Assembly (NCBI RefSeq): GCF_963921235.1
Contig: NC_086107.1
Location: forward strand, 101,372,001 to 101,436,000
DNA length: 64,000 bases
Direction of reading: 5' to 3'
Source of the DNA: Mobula hypostoma
Lineage: Eukaryota
The translations under genes and the position numbers were made by a program. The notes under the pieces were generated by a model. That model saw only the letters and a list, made by a program, of their open reading frames with translations, was not told the origin of the DNA and ran no database searches. Below, piece after piece: positions 59,875-64,000 of the stretch (positions are counted from its first letter, which is position 1; each line of letters begins with the position of its first letter).

Positions 59875-60515
59875 GCACAAATAAGACCATAAGATATAGA
59901 AGCAGAATTTGGCCACTTGGCCCATCGAGTCTGCCCCAACATTTCTTCATGGCCCATCCATTTCCACTCAGCCCCAATGTCCTGCCTCTCCCCATATCCT
60001 TTCATGCCCTGACTAATCAAGAATCTATCAATCTCTGCCTTAAATATATCCAATGACTTGGCCCCTGTAGCTGCCATTGGCAACAAATTTCACAGATTCA
60101 CCACTCCCTGGCAAAAGAAATTCCTCCTCGTCTCTGTTCTAAAAGGACACACCTCTATTCTGAGGCTAATGTCCTTCGGTCCTAGACTCTCCCGCCATAG
60201 GAAACATCCTCTCCACGTCCACTCTATCAAGGCCTTTTAACACTCGATAGGTTTCAATGAGGTCGCCCCTCATTCTTCTGAATTCCAGTGAGTACAGGCC
60301 CAGAGCCATCAAACACTCCTCATATGGCAATCCTTTCAATCCTGGAATCATTTTTGTGGATCTGCTTTGAACCCTCTCCAAAGTCAACACATCCTTTCTT
60401 AGATAAGGGCCCAAAACTGCTCACAATAATCCAAGTAAAGTCCCACCAGTGCCCTATAAAGCCTCAACATTACATCCTTGCTTTTGTATTCTAGTTCTTT
60501 TGAAATGAATGTCAA
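59875..60515 (-). mobile_element. CR1 3' fragment
   Basis: PYLRKDVLTLERVQ..RGDLIETYRVLKGLDRVD. Confidence 0.88.
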
Positions 60516-60885
60516 TGGAGTGAATCACTATCAGAATCAGGTCTCAGTCTTGTACTGTTGCCACAAAACACCACAATTCTTGGACATACATTGCAAATTT
60601 TGTTGTGTTGTGGTAGCGGTACAGTGGAAGACGTAAAAACAAGTATAAGTTACAAATAATAATAAATAAATAAATCAATTGAAAGAAGGATAGAGTTCAC
60701 GGGTTCATAGACCATTCAGAAATCTGATGGCGGAGGGGAAGAAGCTGTTCCTGAAACGTTGGGTGTGGGTCTTCAGGCTCCTGACAAGAGGGAGAGAAAA
60801 GTAGGAATTGATCGGAGGTAGTATCCTCCTCAATGACCATCAGCACAGGCACACTGCTGGTGTTGCTGTACTGCTCTCTATACAC

Positions 60886-61714
60886 TGTTACGTACCCCGT
60901 AACTGGGTTGCCAAACCAGCAGAAATGGATCACTCAGTTGGAGTCTGGATTACTAGAACTAAGAAAGTTGTATTAAAGAAACAAGCAACACAGTAATCGA
61001 AAGGATAATAAATGCAACAGTTCAGCAATGATAGTCACACATGTGCACAGAATTAAGATCACAGCATCAATCAAGCTCTATCGTTGTCTAGGGGTAAATG
61101 ACCAAATTTCAAAGTGACAAAAAGTTCAGTCCAATTTAGTTCAGTTCGCAGTAATCGTTGCCATGGCGATGGACAACGTGGGGGGAGAGAGAGAGAGAGA
61201 GAACGGGAACGACTGATCATTCAGACACGGCTTCACTCACAGACCGGCGATATGGCTCACAGGCAGCTTTCGGGCGGGTCCTTGGTGATGTCACCTGAGG
61301 TCACCGACTGTGACCCCTCCTCCAGATGCGGTCGATCCCCTGCAGTGAACCCGGCACCCAAGCAAGGGCGGACACACACTGGGTTCCCGCTGATCGTACC
61401 TTTCCACCCTGTGCGTTGTCCGATACTTCCCACCGACTCGTGAGAGGCGCACCGCTTCCAGGGTCTCGTTACCTCGGGTGTCGTGTGTGTCCTGCCTTAG
61501 CGAACCAGTCCCTTTTTATCCCCCTGCTGGGGTATTGCCTGTCCACCACTTCAAACAGTTCAGGGTTCAAAGGGGGAGCCGCTGCAGACAGCTCTCTACA
61601 CATCTCCAGGTGCTGTTTCATTGTGTCCCTTATCTCTCTCTTGAAGACAGGTGGCAGACCAACTGCTGATCACACAGGACAGCTAACATCTTATCTATGT
61701 GTATTCTCGTCACA
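60886..61714 (-). mobile_element. Solo LTR (829 bp, Gypsy-like) with 4-bp TSD, inserted in an old Rex1-type RT remnant (~60820-62360)
   Basis: Termini TGTTACG..CGTCACA; TSD ACAC at 60882-60885 and 61715-61718. Confidence 0.8.
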
Positions 61715-62369
61715 ACACATATGATTTTGTGGCTAAGCACAGCTCCAACGCCAGAGCAAATTCACCAATGCCAGATTCCCCAAATAAGCAAATTCTTCAG
61801 TGCCAGGTACAAAAGAACCTCTGATGGATGGATCACAAGTGTCGATGAGTCAGCTTACCAGAGTGAGGTAGGACTCTTGGTTGAGTGGGCTGCCACATCT
61901 ACCTCTCACTCAACGTCAGCAGAACTAAAGGACTGATAGTTAACTTGATGAAGGAGGGCCGACATCTGCCAGTCTGCATTGGGGAGCTGGTGGTGGAGAG
62001 AGACAATAGCTTTAAATTTCAATGAGTTAACATATGAGATGACTTGTCCTGGCCCTAGCTCTAGATACAATCACAAGGAAAGCACGTAAGTATCTTTCTT
62101 AGGAGGTTCAGCTTGTCACTGAATTCTCCAACAAAGATGCTGTAAAAATCATCCTGGATGGTTTACATCATGAAATGTTACAGCATCTCGAATGCACAGG
62201 AATGTGAGAAGCTGCACAGGGTATTGTGCTCTGCCCGGTGCATCACAGGCACATCCCTCCCCACCATCGGTAATATCTACGCGAGGTGCTTCCTTAAGAT
62301 GGCAACATTTATCATCAAAGCTCCCCACCATTCAGGCCGTGCCATCTTTTCCCAGCTCCATCGAGCAGG

Positions 62370-62470
62370 AGAATCAGAATTAGGTTTAATATCCAGCATA
62401 TGTTGTGAAATTTGTTAACTTTGCGGCAGCAGTACAATGAAATACATGATAAATATAGGAAAGAACCTGA

Positions 62471-62515
<45 letters not shown>

Positions 62516-62885
62516 ATTAAATTGTTAAATTAAAATAAAACTGAAACTTAAAAGAAGTCGTGAGGTAGTGTTCATGGGTTCAATATCCATTTAGAAATCG
62601 GATGGCAGAGGGGAAGAAGCTGTTCCTGAATCGCTGAGTGTGTGCCTTCAGGCTCCTGTACCTCCTCCCTGATGGTAACAGTGTGAAGAGGACATGGCGT
62701 AGGTGATGGGGGCCCTTAATAATGGACGCTGCCTTTCTGAGACATCGCTCCTTGAAGATGTCCTGGATACTACGGAGGCCAATGCCCATGATGGTGATAA
62801 CTAAGTTTACAACTCTCTGCAGCTTACTTCAATCCTGTGCAGTGAACCCCCCCCCCCCGCAATACCAGACGGTGATGCAGCCTGT
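62370..62885 (-). mobile_element. Rex1-type 3' fragment
   Basis: DIFKERCLRKAASIIKGPHH..LPSGRRYRSLKAHTQRFRNSFFPSAIRFLN. Confidence 0.8.
62473..62514. repeat. (TG)21 microsatellite
   Basis: Read directly from the sequence. Confidence 0.97.
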
Positions 62886-64000
62886 CAGGGGGTGCAGAAG
62901 CCTGAAGCCCCACACCAACAAGTTCAAGAACAGCTGCATTCCTTCAACCATTTGCTTTCTGAACCAACTGGAAAAATCCTAATGACTGCAGTTTAGATTA
63001 CTTTCCACTAAAATTGACCTATTTTGTTCTAATGTTGTGCTTTCCTGTAAGAATTGTGTATAATTTATCTTTAATTTGTGTCTTTCTTCTGAATCCTCTT
63101 TCTGGTGCTCTTAGCCTGCATCAGTGTCACAGCCACAGAGGTTCAAACAACACACAGAGAGAAGTAATATGACACATTTAAGTTATATAAGACTGTGAAA
63201 AAAACAAGAAATGAGTGGGAAGGCACACAATCAGAGATGCCGAGCATGAAATTGGACCCAGTGGCCTGTTTCTGTGTCATTCAGTTTAAAGAAGAGCAAT
63301 CATTTGGGAGATGTCAGGGCTCCTCCCACGCACTTTTTAAAAAAATCACGGTGGCCCGTGTTGAGGTAGAGGTTTTGGCGGAGGTGGAGCCAGGTGGCAA
63401 AAGGTTACTGGGGGTAGACAGAAATTCATTGAAGCTACAATTAAATTATCCACAACCTTACTGAATTATGAAGAACATTCCTAGCTTATTCATTTCAATG
63501 GCCCCTGGGTATTTTTAAGTTTGATTTTCGTTTGATGGCTTGAGAATTTTTACTTGAGAGCGTTGGAGAATGAAAATTTTAGACTTCTAAGGTTTTAAGG
63601 TTATTTCAACGTGTTTCATGATTCAGTAGCGTTCATGGAATTTCAATGCGTTGACAGTCCCGTTGAACTCAAAGATAATGGCTTAAGAGACGGTCGGAAT
63701 TGTTTTATTTTACACACCAAACATATTCTCTCATGCTGATGAAATGCCTCCCAGGAACGCTCCAACATGGGTTTGAAGTTATTTTGGAAACTTGGATAAG
63801 GTGCCTTCGGGGGCATTCAAGGGCAAAAGCAGCTTTGAAGTAGTTCAGTCTGGGACCTTTGTAGTTAATCTGCACGGCCCCATAGCTCGGATGGGTGTGG
63901 GAGTGGAGAGAGACTGAATCTCCATCAAACCAGTTAAATAAGCCCTGGTATGTATTATGCACAGGACGAAAAGCTGAACATTTAGCGCAGGGATGGGGAG

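Noticed and set aside
63705..63962. 85-aa ORF containing HTHP (JAMM-like)
   Set aside because: The rest of the JAMM motif is absent; likely chance

Overview
Repeat-dense eukaryotic DNA, intergenic or intronic. It is most likely from a cartilaginous fish; this is inferred from HE1/V-SINE-like SINEs together with CR1, Rex1/Babar, Penelope and fish-type L1 elements. I cannot identify any host protein-coding gene. Every ORF I recognise belongs to a retroelement: a near-intact CR1 ORF2, Rex1 RT fragments, an L1 fragment and Penelope RT/GIY-YIG fragments. Also present are three solo LTRs with target-site duplications (TSDs), hAT and Tc1-like MITEs, and four tandem arrays. Highlights: (1) a Penelope-associated family carrying a minimal hammerhead-ribozyme motif, inserted repeatedly as asymmetric head-to-head fold-backs with TSDs and once as a ~100-bp ribozyme-only insert; (2) a ~9-kb ancient degenerate array of a quasi-palindromic 20-bp unit; (3) a CpG-rich island at 36.1-37.8 kb with a possible TE-derived exon, a 44-bp VNTR and a second degenerate array; (4) a structured 5' domain of an RTE-derived non-autonomous element. 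Boundaries were read by eye and are approximate unless a TSD is given. Family names come from motif recognition, not database searches.
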